Assembly: GCA_010093815.1 (NCBI GenBank)
Contig: ML996569.1
Length of the DNA: 64,000 bases
Source of the DNA: Pseudovirgaria hyperparasitica
Lineage: Eukaryota
Direction: 5' to 3' (one strand)
Part shown: positions 40,396-52,348 of the stretch, piece by piece
How the letters are laid out: the number at the start of each line of letters is the position of its first letter
How positions within the stretch are numbered: position 1 is the first letter of the stretch
Notes under the pieces: generated by a model
Databases searched by the model: none
Told to the model about the DNA's origin: nothing
Seen by the model: only the letters and a program-made list of their open reading frames with translations
Translations under genes and position numbers: made by a program

Positions 40396-42709
40396 TCACC
40401 GCAATATACTTCTCCTGACAGCGGCATTGCCAAAATACTGCTGTTGAGGAGGTCTCATGCTCGATGGCCGACCATTTTTCACCCCTTGCGAGCTTCTCAT
40501 TTTCGATCCATTAATGATCGTTCGTGGGTCAATACCTCGACGTCCATATGATTGCTGAAAAGTCGCACGAGATGGTACTGGGTTTGATAGGGGAGCAACA
40601 AGTCTAGCTGGTCGCTGTCTCATGAACCCTGATCTGTGGTCCAGTTGTTCTTGTCGAAGTGCAGCAAAATTTGGATTGTGAATCTGTACTTCATTCCGGC
40701 TACCAAGCACGCCTGGTTTCGAGAAGAGGTCCACGCGATGTTCGCGGGGTGATTGCATAAATGAAAGCCGATGTGTATCCTGTACACGCGCCGATGGTGA
40801 TATGAGTTGAGGATCCCGGTATGGCTCTCGAGTGCGAGGTGCGAAATCTCGCCGGGAAGGTTCCATGCTGTAGTGAGCAGCTGCCTGTCGCCGGAAGAAC
40901 GGGCTCGACACACATGTATCACGAACAGTGCGATGATATCTAGGAGAGGGCGACTGCTGTAATGCAGCGTACCTTGACGGTGTCTCGTATACGGAATGCT
41001 GATCTAATCCATTGGAACCATGTTGACTTATGTTCTGTTCAGGCATCTCACAAGCCTGCGCAGAGTACGCGCCGTTCGAACTATCAGTGTGGTTTCGTCC
41101 TACCCAAGCCGGCGGTTTGCTGAATGTGAAACTTGCCCGTGAGACGGCTGAGGTTACGTCGCCCTGGTACGAATCACCCTGGTACCACGAGCGTTCATCG
41201 CCATATTCTATGTTTTTCGGTGCACCACTCTCTACCTGCCAGCTCGGTCTTACGAAAGGTAGTGGATCTTCTGACGGTATTCTCTCAAGTGGACGTTCGC
41301 AGACCCCTCGCCTGCTATTTTGTCTCGTTTTACGCTCATTGCGACGTTGTGTGTCCGCTTGATTCTCGTGCCTAGGAGGAGACATCAAGGCGCCACTCAT
41401 ATAATATCCTTTGGGAACAGGGAGTGGTGTCATATCACTCTTCTGCACCTTTTCGATCTCGTGCGCGCATGGATTGTGTTCCTTATCGCTGCCACGTAGT
41501 TTTGTGGTGGTCTGACTATGGGTGTTTCCAAGCCGTGGCCCTGACTCTTCATCATTGCGTTGATGACATAATGGTGGCTTGGGTGGCGGCATCCTGTCTC
41601 TACTGCTTGAACCAACGCAGTCACGCACAAGAAATGGTTGAAAGCCATGCTGCAAGGGCTGAGACAAGTCATGTTCGAGTTTTGGCCTCTTCGTAGAGGG
41701 TGCGCCTTCGGGCTCTCTTGACATCAACGGCTCATCGTCGTATATGGTGGCCGCTACCTCCATGCGTCGCTTGGAACATTGAGATATTGGGTCATGCTCT
41801 GTCATATCAATGGCAGAGTCTGGAGATGCACCAGATGAGGCGTGTCTTTCTTCGAGTCCGGCTTTTGTGGGAATGTCTCGTGCAGTGTAGGTGTAGTCTG
41901 TATGGGGCACCTCGTAGCCCAATGAAATTAGCTCTTTTTTCAAGTGCCCATTCTCTCTGTGCAGCGTCAGTTGCTGGGCGATTCTTTCAATTTTTCCAGG
42001 TACGTACTTTGCCATCTTCGCCATCACGCCCAGGTAATGCCTGATTTGTGGTTCTTTGGATTTGAAGCGCTTGTACTCCTCGGCTTGTTTTGACAGTAGC
42101 GCAACCCGTTGTTTGCACTTGTTCAGTTCGCTCGTAATCTCTAACCCAGCTTTGTCAAGCTCTGACATTGTCTGCTTAAGTTTAGTATGTGAGGACTTGA
42201 GCTTTCGGTGGCTCTGGAGTAGCCCAGTGCCAAATTGAATGAGGGACAAGTATTGGAATCGAATCGCTTCCAAGCCATGATCAGCCTTTTGAAGGTTCGT
42301 TGGGGGTGTGTCGAACCACATTCTCGGGATTGCCTTGTCGATTTGTCCTTCTTCGTGACCTCTGACTGCGAATAGCTTCTTTGGAGTTCCATCCCGTCGA
42401 TCCGCCACACATCGTGGGCAGGGCGCTGACGGTTGTTCGCCTTCTGGGTAAAAAGCTGCACCTATCCAGCATTTGAGTGTCGAGAAACAGTAGAGTGCTG
42501 CATCACATACCACCATCCTCTAAGTGCTTGCCACAAGTCAAATGTGCACATTCTGTCAACCAAAGGCGTGTTGAGATGCTGTTGGTTGTGGCGTCGTCGC
42601 CTAGGATACCGCAGTTGTTGCCGTATATGTCGAGAATTGTTGCTTGGCATATCGAGCAACTAAAGATGATCTCGTACGCTGTAGGATCTGGGCGTTGTTC
42701 CGCAGCCAT
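40396..42709 (-). CDS. N-terminal RING-type zinc finger plus coiled-coil protein with long disordered tail (Zip3/RNF212-like architecture)
   Basis: FSCSICQ...LWLTECAHLTCGKHL in exon 1 and APCPRC after the intron near 42460-42510. These are followed by a heptad-rich segment (KLKSSHTKLKQTMSEL...) and an S/P/R-rich C-terminus. The family assignment is inferred from architecture. Confidence 0.7.
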
Positions 42710-43181
42710 GTTTGAGATATATTGTTACAGAGTGTATTGGCTGACGTGAGTCGGTGAATTGGGTGTGCACACACATGTTGAGAATGGAACTGGCAGGAAC
42801 GACCCGGCCGTTACCTCAACTTTCCAATTTGACTGCCTTACCGCAGACTGGATGTAGTCGGCGCCTTCATGTTTTCGGCCATACTATCCTACGTCAAGGT
42901 ATACTAAAGGAACCGCTGACTCACCTGCAACTACGAATATACCCACAAGCATTATAATAAATTGACGTGCATGTTTCGCGCTATGCTCAATTTCTGCGTA
43001 GGAGAGAACGCCCTTTAAAAGCGACAGTGGACGGATGTAATGCCGAAGCATAGTTACGAACTGCAATATCAGAAAGAATGTTGTACTATGCATGTCTACT
43101 ACCTTCATATCTTGCCATGTAAGAATAGAATAACGGTACGCCTTACGTCCAGGTTTCCATTTCTTTAATTCAGCATTCATT

Positions 43182-43854
43182 TTATTGGAACGTCCGGCAG
43201 GGGTATCTGAGGTTTCGAGATAAGTCTACGCTTTGCATGCGTTCGTTGGAACTTACTGATTATCATTGCCGTACGTTTGATCTTCCAGCATCTCATAATT
43301 CTTCTTCCCTTGAGGCCCGAGGTTCGCTGGTCGGGGCGGCAGTCCGTCTTCTCCTAGCACTAGCTTTCCAACACCTTTCTCCTTCGCAAGAAATGCTGAG
43401 AGTCCCTTTTCTCCCTCTTCTTTGATTGCTACCAATTGTTTCGCCCCGGCGTCGCCAATCTGCAGTACCTGTTCGTTCGGGCTCTCCTTACTACCAACAG
43501 TCAAAAGGCCTACAACGTCGCCTTGTGACACAACACTCGGGACCTGATATCTCCTGCGCACATCACGCTTCCAGTATGGATTCTCTGCGATATCTCCGGC
43601 AGGTAGTGTGACCGGGTCATCATATGCGGTAGGATCGTTGGCGCCCGGAGGAGGATTGCGGAATTGAGGATTTAGCGGAACACCGGTAGAGCGTTTAGGG
43701 TCGACAGCGAGGAGATTGTTGATCTTTGCCCATATCCCAGTGGGTTGAACGGTATATTTCTGAATCAATAATGTGTCAGTGGTTGTTTTCTTGGAAGCTC
43801 AATGATGGGAGGGTGGCGGCGTACTTTGAACTGGGCAGCGGCCTGTTTGCTCAT
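43182..43854 (-). CDS. NADH:ubiquinone oxidoreductase accessory subunit (fungal 21.3 kDa / NUZM, NDUFA7-like), 3 exons
   Basis: Spliced reading MSKQAAAQFK/KYTVQPTGIW...LAVDPKRSTGVPLNPQFRNPPPG...YDDPVTLPAGDIAENPYWKRDVRRRY...NQ/YPCRTFQ*. Confidence 0.9.
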
Positions 43855-46240
43855 GATGTTGGGTCAATGGGTCGCCAGGATGGAGAGAAATGTATGGAAG
43901 AGCTAGTAGGTGAGATTCGAGTACTGATGATCAAAGGATCTCTAAATCGCGCCTACGCAGTACAGAGACGAAGCTCGTGTTCACATCTAGGTCTGCAGTG
44001 TGGCTCTAAGGCTTGGCGACGGTGGCTCCAAAAGACTATTTCGGAGCAGGCTCTTCGGGACTACGGGATTGGTCACACTCGTCCAAGAACGGTAAGTGGA
44101 CCTTTACCATGTCGGAAGTTCATCATGATATATGCCCAGTGATGCATCGGTATATTCTTGTAGTAAACCTGTTCATGTTGAGATGAAAAGACAATGAGTC
44201 TCCAATTTTCGTGTTTTCTGAAGATGTGAGCCAATCCTCAATGGGATCTATTTCGCTGTAAGAACGACTAAATTAATACTGCAACACTGTGTCGAGCATT
44301 CCAATATCTTGATTGGTCGGCTCATGAGTAACGAAGTACCAACTCTTGCTTGCGATTAGGTGTGGATGCTGATACTAGATGGTCATCGCTGTTTCTATGA
44401 TAGATGTCCACAGTGCAGACATGACACTGATGTTTTGCTTAAGGATCTACTATGCAGAAACCTTTTAGCGGTCTCTGCGTACACACTTACCCTGTTTAGC
44501 GAACACATCTGTAGTATCACAGTGGTACAAAACGCTCATTTCGAGTGCTGACGCGGACCCGATTAACATATTCCTCTATGGTATCTACTTGACAAATAAA
44601 TTACTACGTTGGCCCTCACTTCACTCCTAGGTACAACCTTAGGTTACCAACGCTTATGTTAGTCGTGCAACTCGATCGTCCAGCGAATAAGAAGGCGAAC
44701 TTGATATGCTGTGACTACGAAGATTACGTATGTGCTATTCTTTATCAGTAGCTTCGAAAAAATTTACTAGCGATGATACTGCTTAGAGTAGGGAAAGCTT
44801 CATGTTATCCCCTATTTGTCTTGTTCGATGCCGACAGTAGAGTGGAACACAGGGGGGAAGACTATTAGGAAACTTGAATGGCCAGCTAATTATACTAATA
44901 CGTGTGGGATAGAGATCTTTCTATATTCAATCTGAACATTTCATAACATATGTGTTGTACTTCCGGGCTGACATCCAGACATACCAACAAGTCAATTTGA
45001 ACTGCATCAGGGTTACCTGTTGCTACCTAGGCTTCCAATGAGTGGGCTGTCTGCAGCTCCAGTTCTAAGTTGATCTGTCCGGATGTGACAAGACTTTCGT
45101 CCAATTCGACAACCTTCAACGAGGAGCCATAATGAGGAAGAAGGCAGTCCCCTGCCATCGATATTGTGCACGCCACGACAAGTCTAGACACCTGCAATAT
45201 AACTCTATTATGACTTATGCTCTCCATCGGTAAGCTCACCTCTTGCAATGTCGTTACCCTGTCGTTGAGCTGAGAATTGACCACAGCAATATAGCTCCCG
45301 GTGAGCAGGTCAGCCTATGCTAGAGTGAATTCTATATCGCGGATTTAAGCTAGTTGTGAAAAGACAGCGATGGTCAGATGTGTTTCGGATAGTGTTGAGA
45401 TTTATATGTTCGAGATGGTTCCAAAACGCTTTCTCGCCTAAATGAGTCGATGGCATCAGACATTAGATTATGGCATTTTGAGCATTCGAACTCCAACTTT
45501 CATTGCGCAGCCATGAGTTGATAATTAGTGTTCAGCTAATCCAATATCGCTCTCGGTCTGACATATAGATGCTCCGCCTAGATCAAGCCATGATTTACCT
45601 CTTCAGACTTTATCGAACTCTATTATAGTGCATAGCTTGGAATTAGTCTTTCATTTACTCGCTAGCGTCCTCGGGCGCCATCTTCGGAGTCCGAATTCAT
45701 TCCATAGAGTCCAAGCAGCCCCAAAGTCTCGACGACAATGTTGGAAGGAATGCTAGTCGTAGCGATCTTAACCACCAACCAACAGAAAGAAGCACACTGA
45801 AATCCTATTCGAGCTCAAACGATACTGCATCGAGGATGGTAGGTTATTTTAGCGCCAAAATTGCATCCTTCGTTGCTGAGCACAGAAGAAACTACACTTA
45901 GTTACAGTAAGCGCGAAATTCAGGTCTCTAATGTGGACTTGCTACGACCTCATTTGGCCTCCAGCTCTGTCCGCTAGACGAATATGTGTAGCTTGTCACA
46001 GGCTAAGCACGTCTCAGGCTTCCAACTTCTGACCTTCTCAAGGTAGAACAAGTGACGTGAGGCCGAAATGGCTCACAGGAATCTATTATTAGTCGACCAA
46101 GTGAATTGAGAGGATCTAGTTGCGAGTAACTGGTCGCGTTTGTCGGTATATCCGTTATAAAAGCCGTCAACTTGCACTTCATCTTCACTCGCAGTCACAC
46201 ACAACACTCCATCAATCAATCCTATATCAACCCAAGTATC

Positions 46241-46476
46241 ATGAGATTTCTCGCAGTCATTACTATCGCCCTTTCGGCTCTTGGACACGCTGTGGCTGAG
46301 AAGTGCTGCGCCGACGACAGCGTACGTTAAGGAAATACCTTAGATACCAAATAGAAAGCCACCAACTAACGTGCTCATAGTGCACTGGTGACTGTGTGCC
46401 TGCCACTCCACAAGGCAACCTCTTCTCTTGTCCTCTTGGAGGCGACCCAGCTAAGCTCACCGTTTGTGCCGACTAG
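46241..46476 (+). CDS. Small secreted cysteine-rich protein (58 aa, 6 Cys), effector/antimicrobial-peptide candidate
   Basis: Exon 1 (46241-46321) is MRFLAVITIALSALGHAVAEKCCADDS. A 59-nt phase-0 intron (46322-46380) reads GTACGT...ACTAAC...TAG. Exon 2 (46381-46476) is CTGDCVPATPQGNLFSCPLGGDPAKLTVCAD*. There is a TATAAAA about 85 nt upstream and a CA-rich leader. Confidence 0.85.
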
Positions 46477-47959
46477 TCCAAACAGACGGGAAATACAACA
46501 AAAATCGATTATAGCACATACTTTTGGAACACCAGAAATAAGAATTGTGCCTGACTATGTTGTGTATATTGCCACTGTTGTAATACATAATCAGTCCTCG
46601 ATACTTGAACTTGCATCTTCTTCCTTCGCTGCCGTATATTGCGCATTCATGCTCAATGTGGTCTACTATGGTGTGATACACGGATCATCAGTTCTTGCAC
46701 TACACCTCTGAAAGAGTCATGGAGGCAAATTTAACACAATAGATGGGCATCACAGCAATTTAAAGCTATAACAGCTCATAACCCTATCTGCCATGTCTCA
46801 AGGGTACTATTCAAAGATCACTTAATGAGGGTGGGCACAGAAGATAATGGTTCTTCTTCTCAGGGCTAGCGATGAACTCGCCGTAAAAGCAAACCTGCGA
46901 GCATAGCACGATGCCTCGAATGGAAATTGGCTCATCCTCAACAAAGTGTATATAATGGTTTGAAAATGCCTACTTCAGACCTTTGGCTTCACTCTAAAAT
47001 TAACGATGATGTTGAGAGCCGCTTCCTTTCATCTGCACACCCCATTCTACGAATGATACAGTTTTACCGAAATAGTCTTACCCCTACCCTTGACGAGAGA
47101 TACTAAACTCAGACCTTTCCAAGAACAACTCTTCTCGAACTAGTCTAACTTATCTGTTCTACAAGCAGGTCTACAGCAAGACTTCAAAGAATGAATCGAA
47201 AAATTGGGAAATTCAGGTCATTTTCCGGAAAATGACAGCACAGAGAAAATATGCTTTATTATGACGCCTTTAAAAGACCTCAACTGTACAGACATGGGTG
47301 AACTAATTATGTGGAGGACTAGACAGACTGAGATAATCCTTATGCATGTGAAAGCAAACGTCAACTGACCTCTTAATGAGTCAGTCCTTGGAAACAAAGG
47401 TGTTATCTCATGTTGGCTTGAGAAGGCCATCTTTTGTACGTTGACCAGGCCTAGTGATCAGCCAAATGGAAATCCCTCCTTAATGTGCAGTTGAAGTTCG
47501 ATAATACTTGCGCACATATCTCGGGTAATGGTTCTTTGGCTCAAGGATGAGATGTATCACATGAGTTGGGGATCTTGGTTAGGGTGGATGTACGACTGAC
47601 ATACTAAGTTTGAATTAATGGATGAGTTGATTAGATTAGTTTCAGATAGCATTGGAAACATAAATGAGACGACATGAACACAACAACCTAATATTGGTCA
47701 CAAGGTTTCTCACGTCGGGATATGACGGTGAGAAAGAATTCGCAATTAAGCCAGAGGTCTTCTCAACAATGAACACACAATAAACAAAGTAGAGGGGAAA
47801 CTTTAACATTTTTTCGGTGCTCAAACGTTGTTTTGAAGAGATGGTGGCTATATATAAGACTCAACACTCATGAACGGTTCATAGAAGCACCTTATGATCA
47901 AACATATCGCCTAATATCCAATACTAGCTCAGTCCTATATATAATTAATCAAGAACAAG

Positions 47960-48469
47960 ACACGTCAATCCATCATTATACTCTCCCACCACTCACTTAT
48001 ACTGTCAGCAATGGCAACTGCTATTCCAACGAGTCTACACATTTAGACCATATCGATACCTCGTCAATCGATCCATCTATGACTCAAACTTCGGTAGATT
48101 CTGTTGAAAGGAAGCTACTCTCACAGCAGGAAGTCAGTAGAGTCCTCTCAAAAGCAGGGGTTTCTCCACACAGGTGTCGAGAACTAGTCAAAATTTTCAA
48201 TTAAAGCAACATGGGCGGAAACGATATACATAGATGCCAACACAGGATACCTTCCTCTGTGTACTGTCGAGTTATCTGATGGTGTTTTTTGGTCGTTACT
48301 TGTCAAATGTGAGGATGTTTATGCACACGGACAGCTGGACAGGTGTTTGAATGACAATAAGCCTCAAAATCTGGCCTCCATAGCGAAAGGGACAGAAGGG
48401 AAGCGGTTGTCATGGCCTAGTTACAGTAAACATAAGTTTCATCTCAAAATAGAGAGAGGAGAGATATGA
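47960..48469 (+). pseudogene. Probable decayed secreted-protein gene
   Basis: Signal-like RQSIIILSHHSLILSAMATAIP lacking a proper upstream ATG and followed by stops. A downstream frame GVEN*SKFSIKATWAETIYIDANTGYLPLCTVELSDGVFWSLLVKCEDVYAHGQLDRCLND...GEI* follows. TATATAAG lies near 47849. Confidence 0.4.
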
Positions 48470-48655
48470 ATAGCTGTAGAAGGAAACCCTTTTACTAGCA
48501 ACGGTCAACGGATTGATGGGCTGTCAAAAGTGATCTGTGTAACTAGGGCAATATTCGAGATTCGAAGATTCAATTTCTCCTAAGTGTCACGCGAGGGACT
48601 TGTCGAGTTGGAGAGTGGAGTAGTTTCAAAGATTTCAAAGAAAAATATACCTATA

Positions 48656-49089
48656 TCAGCTTGCTTGTGTGTTCATCGACCCTCTCTTAAGCTTTCCGGA
48701 AATGAACTTTGTCATGGGTGTGCCCACACACCAAGTCGCAGGATACAAATGCTGCTTCCCCGTGATTTTGCCCTTGGGAATTAACGATGTACCACCGCAT
48801 CTACCATCTACAGGTCGTATACAGATGGTTATGGAATCGCTATCTGCAAAACATCTTAACTGACGCCCAGAGTCTGTATCAACACATCATCTTCCTCCTG
48901 CTCCTCTACCACACGAAACCAGATTCCAATATATTCTTGCAGTGAGCTCCAGTGTGCCTCCATCCTGTATTACTGTGACATAGATGCACCACGTATTGCC
49001 TCAATTGAGCGCAGCGGGAAAAGATCTAAAGTCGCTGATCTCAAGAAGAACTACCAAGACGAAGACAACAAAGGGATGATCAGTTTCAT
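48656..49089 (-). pseudogene. Pseudogenised small secreted Cys-containing protein (about 144 codons)
   Basis: MKLII, then a 1-nt frameshift to PFVVFVLVVLLEIS...LN*GNTWCIYVTVIQDGGTLELTARIYWNLVSCGRGAGGR*CVDTDSGRQLRCFADSDSITICIRPVDGRCGGTSLIPKG...ATWCVG...*. The frame has 7 Cys and two in-frame TGA stops. Confidence 0.55.
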
Positions 49090-50137
49090 ATGATATTGGA
49101 TCTGGGCTATTAAGAGGACACTACATCAATATCATATCCTAAGAGTCACTCTTTTAGAGCGACTAGAGGAGATTTAAGAAAGCAGAGGGAGAGAATAAGC
49201 TGATGAATGCGTTATGTCAGAAGTAGTATCGTCCCAGCTCTAGGCCATTCGCACTAGACGGAATAATCTGGTTTTACGAGCAGAGCGATGCAGACTTCAT
49301 CGAGATTTCCATTTTCGATTCGAATACGCTGGCGAAGCTCGGAAGCTTATGCGAAAAGAAAAATTTCTCTCTTTCAGATGTGGCAAAGTCAGTATGCAGT
49401 CTACCTGCTGCAGTACAATCATAACAATTCGATTGCAAAACACAGATCCAAACAAACTAGTCGACGGAGCTTTGCCATTGTCTGTCAAACCGGAAAGCCT
49501 TGTCTAGTGTAGCTATTCAGAAATTTGCAGCATAGGTGGAAGTAATACCACTTCTATCAATATGTGATGAGACTATGTCTATCAATCTATAGGCGCAGGT
49601 GATCGCGTCATTCCCTCCATCATTCATAAGCCATCTAGTTTCGACCTAACGAACGCCCTCTAGTCTAATCATGCTACGTCAGCACATTGTAACGAAACTC
49701 TTCATACATAAACGCCAAGCATAGTATTCCACTCGACGATAGCCCCCGACCTAACCAATCTCACGATATACATATTAGAAAAGCTTTCTAACAATCAAAT
49801 TACAAATACCCACCAGAACCCATCATCATCTCGCACATCGTCCACTTCGACTCACTTCTTACCCACTATAGTCGACTATGAACAGCCCACCAGCCCACAC
49901 CATCCCCTAATACCATAAAACACCGAGACATAACAAGACAGTGTAATTTGTCATTTATGTATCATCAGGGACGAAAGCGGTATTGTTTGGAGATGTGTTT
50001 TGCTTATTGAGTTATGTAATATATCAGCATCCAACGCGAATTAATTGACGACATAAGCCTTCCAGGTCTTCTATCATACCATATCCATCCAAACAACCGT
50101 GGTATATGGCCCAGAACGCCGGAAATATGTCAGAAGA

Positions 50138-51484
50138 TCAGATCTTCTTCGCGATCGATGTACCGCCATAAACGACCCGAGCCACCACAAACAAACACGC
50201 GCCGACACCTGTGGCCACACCAGAGAAAATCTGCGCATTCGTAAAGTCGCCTCCACTAGCAGTGAGTATGGCGCCGCCAATCGGGCTCCCCGTCAGGGCG
50301 GAGATCGCGCCAAAAGCCATCAGCGAGCCCGTCCAAACGCCGATATCCTTGATCGGTGAGACCTGTGCGACAAGTACGGGAGTGAGTGAGATGCCGGCGC
50401 CAGAGGAGAAGCCAAAGAAGGCTGCGAACAGGATGAGAGGTGCATTTCCGGTCGCCGGGAGCCATAGTGCGAGGATTAAGATGGTAGTGGCGAACGACAT
50501 AATGATCATGACGTTGAAGCGGCCGACTTTGTCCGCGATTGCGTTTGGGAGCGTACGGCCGAGGATGGAGGCACCGTTAAGGATCGCGACAAGGTACTGT
50601 GCAAGCTGGGCGTCCATACCGAAACTACGTGCCTCACTGACGATGAAGACAAAGGGCGTGAACATACCCCAATAGAAGAAGAATACGGCAGCTGTGAGCA
50701 CACAGAAACCAGGTTGTTTGAAGGGGGCGATGTAGTTGGAGAGGGCGAAGGGGCGCTTATTTGGTGGGAGGCGCGATCGGACAGTCAAGTTGGAGAAGAC
50801 CAGGAGGCCGAGGATGGTGAACCCGATGGTGCGCATTGTCCACGCATAACCTATCTGCGGGATGAGCTTCGTGACCATAATGGGCAGGATGACGCCGCCG
50901 AGAGACGAGCCGGCGGTGACGAGACCGAGGGCGGCGCCACGCTTTTTGAAGAACCATGTAGTGGTGGAGTTCATCGAGCAGTAGAATATCATGGACGCAC
51001 CGATGGCGGAGCAGATTGCTTGGGCAAGGATGAAGTGGTAGTATTTCGTGGCCAGACTGGTCATCATGAGGCCGAAGACGTGCATGAAGCTACCAAGGAG
51101 AAGAAGATAGCGAGGACCGTAGTTGTCGAAGAATTTACCGACAATGAGGCCGCCAGCCATCATGAAGAAGATCTGAAGGGAGGATATCCATGCAATGTCC
51201 GCAGGGGTGTAAGCAGCCAGTTGGTGGGTCTGGTAGTATTCTTGGAAGACACCGACGCAGTTAATCCATCCAAAAGACACGAAGAGACCGGCCGAAGCGC
51301 CGGCAACGTTCAACCATGCCTGTAGTCCGCCGTCTGGAAACGATCGTGGGTCCGTAGGACTTATTACTTCGAGTGTTTTCTCAACATCTTGCAGCGGCTC
51401 TGTAGGTGGGAGAGGCGTCGAGGATGTGCCGACTGCAGTATGCTGAGATAATTTCTCATCGTCACTAGAGTGAAGTGAGGACAT
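50138..51484 (-). CDS. MFS transporter, monocarboxylate porter (MCH/Mch5-like) family
   Basis: FPDGGLQAWLNV, GVFQEYY, FDNYGPR, WFFKKRGAALG..GSSLGG and ADKVGRFN motifs, with about 12 hydrophobic segments. The likely start is MSSLHSS at 51484. Confidence 0.93.
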   Translation of the reverse strand: MSSLHSSDDEKLSQHTAVGTSSTPLPPTEPLQDVEKTLEVISPTDPRSFPDGGLQAWLNVAGASAGLFVSFGWINCVGVFQEYYQTHQLAAYTPADIAWISSLQIFFMMAGGLIVGKFFDNYGPRYLLLLGSFMHVFGLMMTSLATKYYHFILAQAICSAIGASMIFYCSMNSTTTWFFKKRGAALGLVTAGSSLGGVILPIMVTKLIPQIGYAWTMRTIGFTILGLLVFSNLTVRSRLPPNKRPFALSNYIAPFKQPGFCVLTAAVFFFYWGMFTPFVFIVSEARSFGMDAQLAQYLVAILNGASILGRTLPNAIADKVGRFNVMIIMSFATTILILALWLPATGNAPLILFAAFFGFSSGAGISLTPVLVAQVSPIKDIGVWTGSLMAFGAISALTGSPIGGAILTASGGDFTNAQIFSGVATGVGACLFVVARVVYGGTSIAKKI

Positions 51485-52348
51485 TCTGGAAAATGTGTTT
51501 TTGGAGACCTGAGAAGACTGGATTGCCTTATGGTGGCTAGTGTTTATCGGTGTAGGGGTGGGTTGAGGTTTAGATTTGGATTTTTGCGCTGATAGCTTGG
51601 TAGTGGTTTGAACAATGAAGTACAAGAGTGTGTCCAATGATGAGATCTGTGGTGGTATTGAAGAACAAGTAACAAAAAGCAGACGGAGTGTTGATATAAA
51701 TGTCCTAGATTTGAGCTTTCGGGCCATGGTAAAAGACCGAATACAGCGAGAAATGCACGAATTTGCTTAGATGATCAAGTTTGGGGGCCATGTGTCGGGC
51801 TCATCGGAACGTCGATAAACGCGAGGGGCCGAGCCCGCATTCGTGGCTTTTGGCCAATAAGCAGACCCGAAATCGCAGAGGAAGACGGTAATGCACGAGT
51901 CCGTTGATGGTTGTTATCCGTCGAAGTTTTTCCAGAGCCATGTTCGGACTTAACGCTAGTGTCGCGAACAGACGAATCTTCTGCATTTTACTTCTTCTGT
52001 GATACGCCAATGACTCATGCGATAAGTTGGACGCTTCATGTTTTCCCTGTTGTGGTATAGCAGTTTGGCAGTCGTAGCGAAGCCATGCTGCAGTTCCTGG
52101 GTGACTTGCACATGGCCGAGTGTCGCGGAGGAAAGTTTGTAAGGCTGCAAAGCTTGTTGATACACGGCTAGGATTCTTTTTTGATGCTTGATGCAGACTC
52201 CTATCAACAGATATGGAGGGGATTGATGCTTTGTGGCTTCGGTGTCGTGCTCGCGTTCAAACGTTGTCTCGCCTCGTGTGCTGGACAGAGACCGAAGACG
52301 TAGTCGGTCTTTTCGCGGTATTCGAATTGTCGCCGATGAACTATTGCC

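Noticed and set aside
44360..44551. 63-aa ORF with 6 Cys
   Set aside because: It has a GTG start, and I could not attach a signal-peptide exon to it, so support is insufficient.
50211..51325. Long antisense ORFs over the MFS gene (similar ones lie over sepH, the amidohydrolase and the GST)
   Set aside because: They are shadow frames caused by codon bias of the real gene on the opposite strand.
51485..51727. N-terminal extension of the MFS ORF (likewise 20595-20678 for the lipoate ligase)
   Set aside because: These look like open 5' leader sequence. The downstream ATGs give family-typical N-termini.
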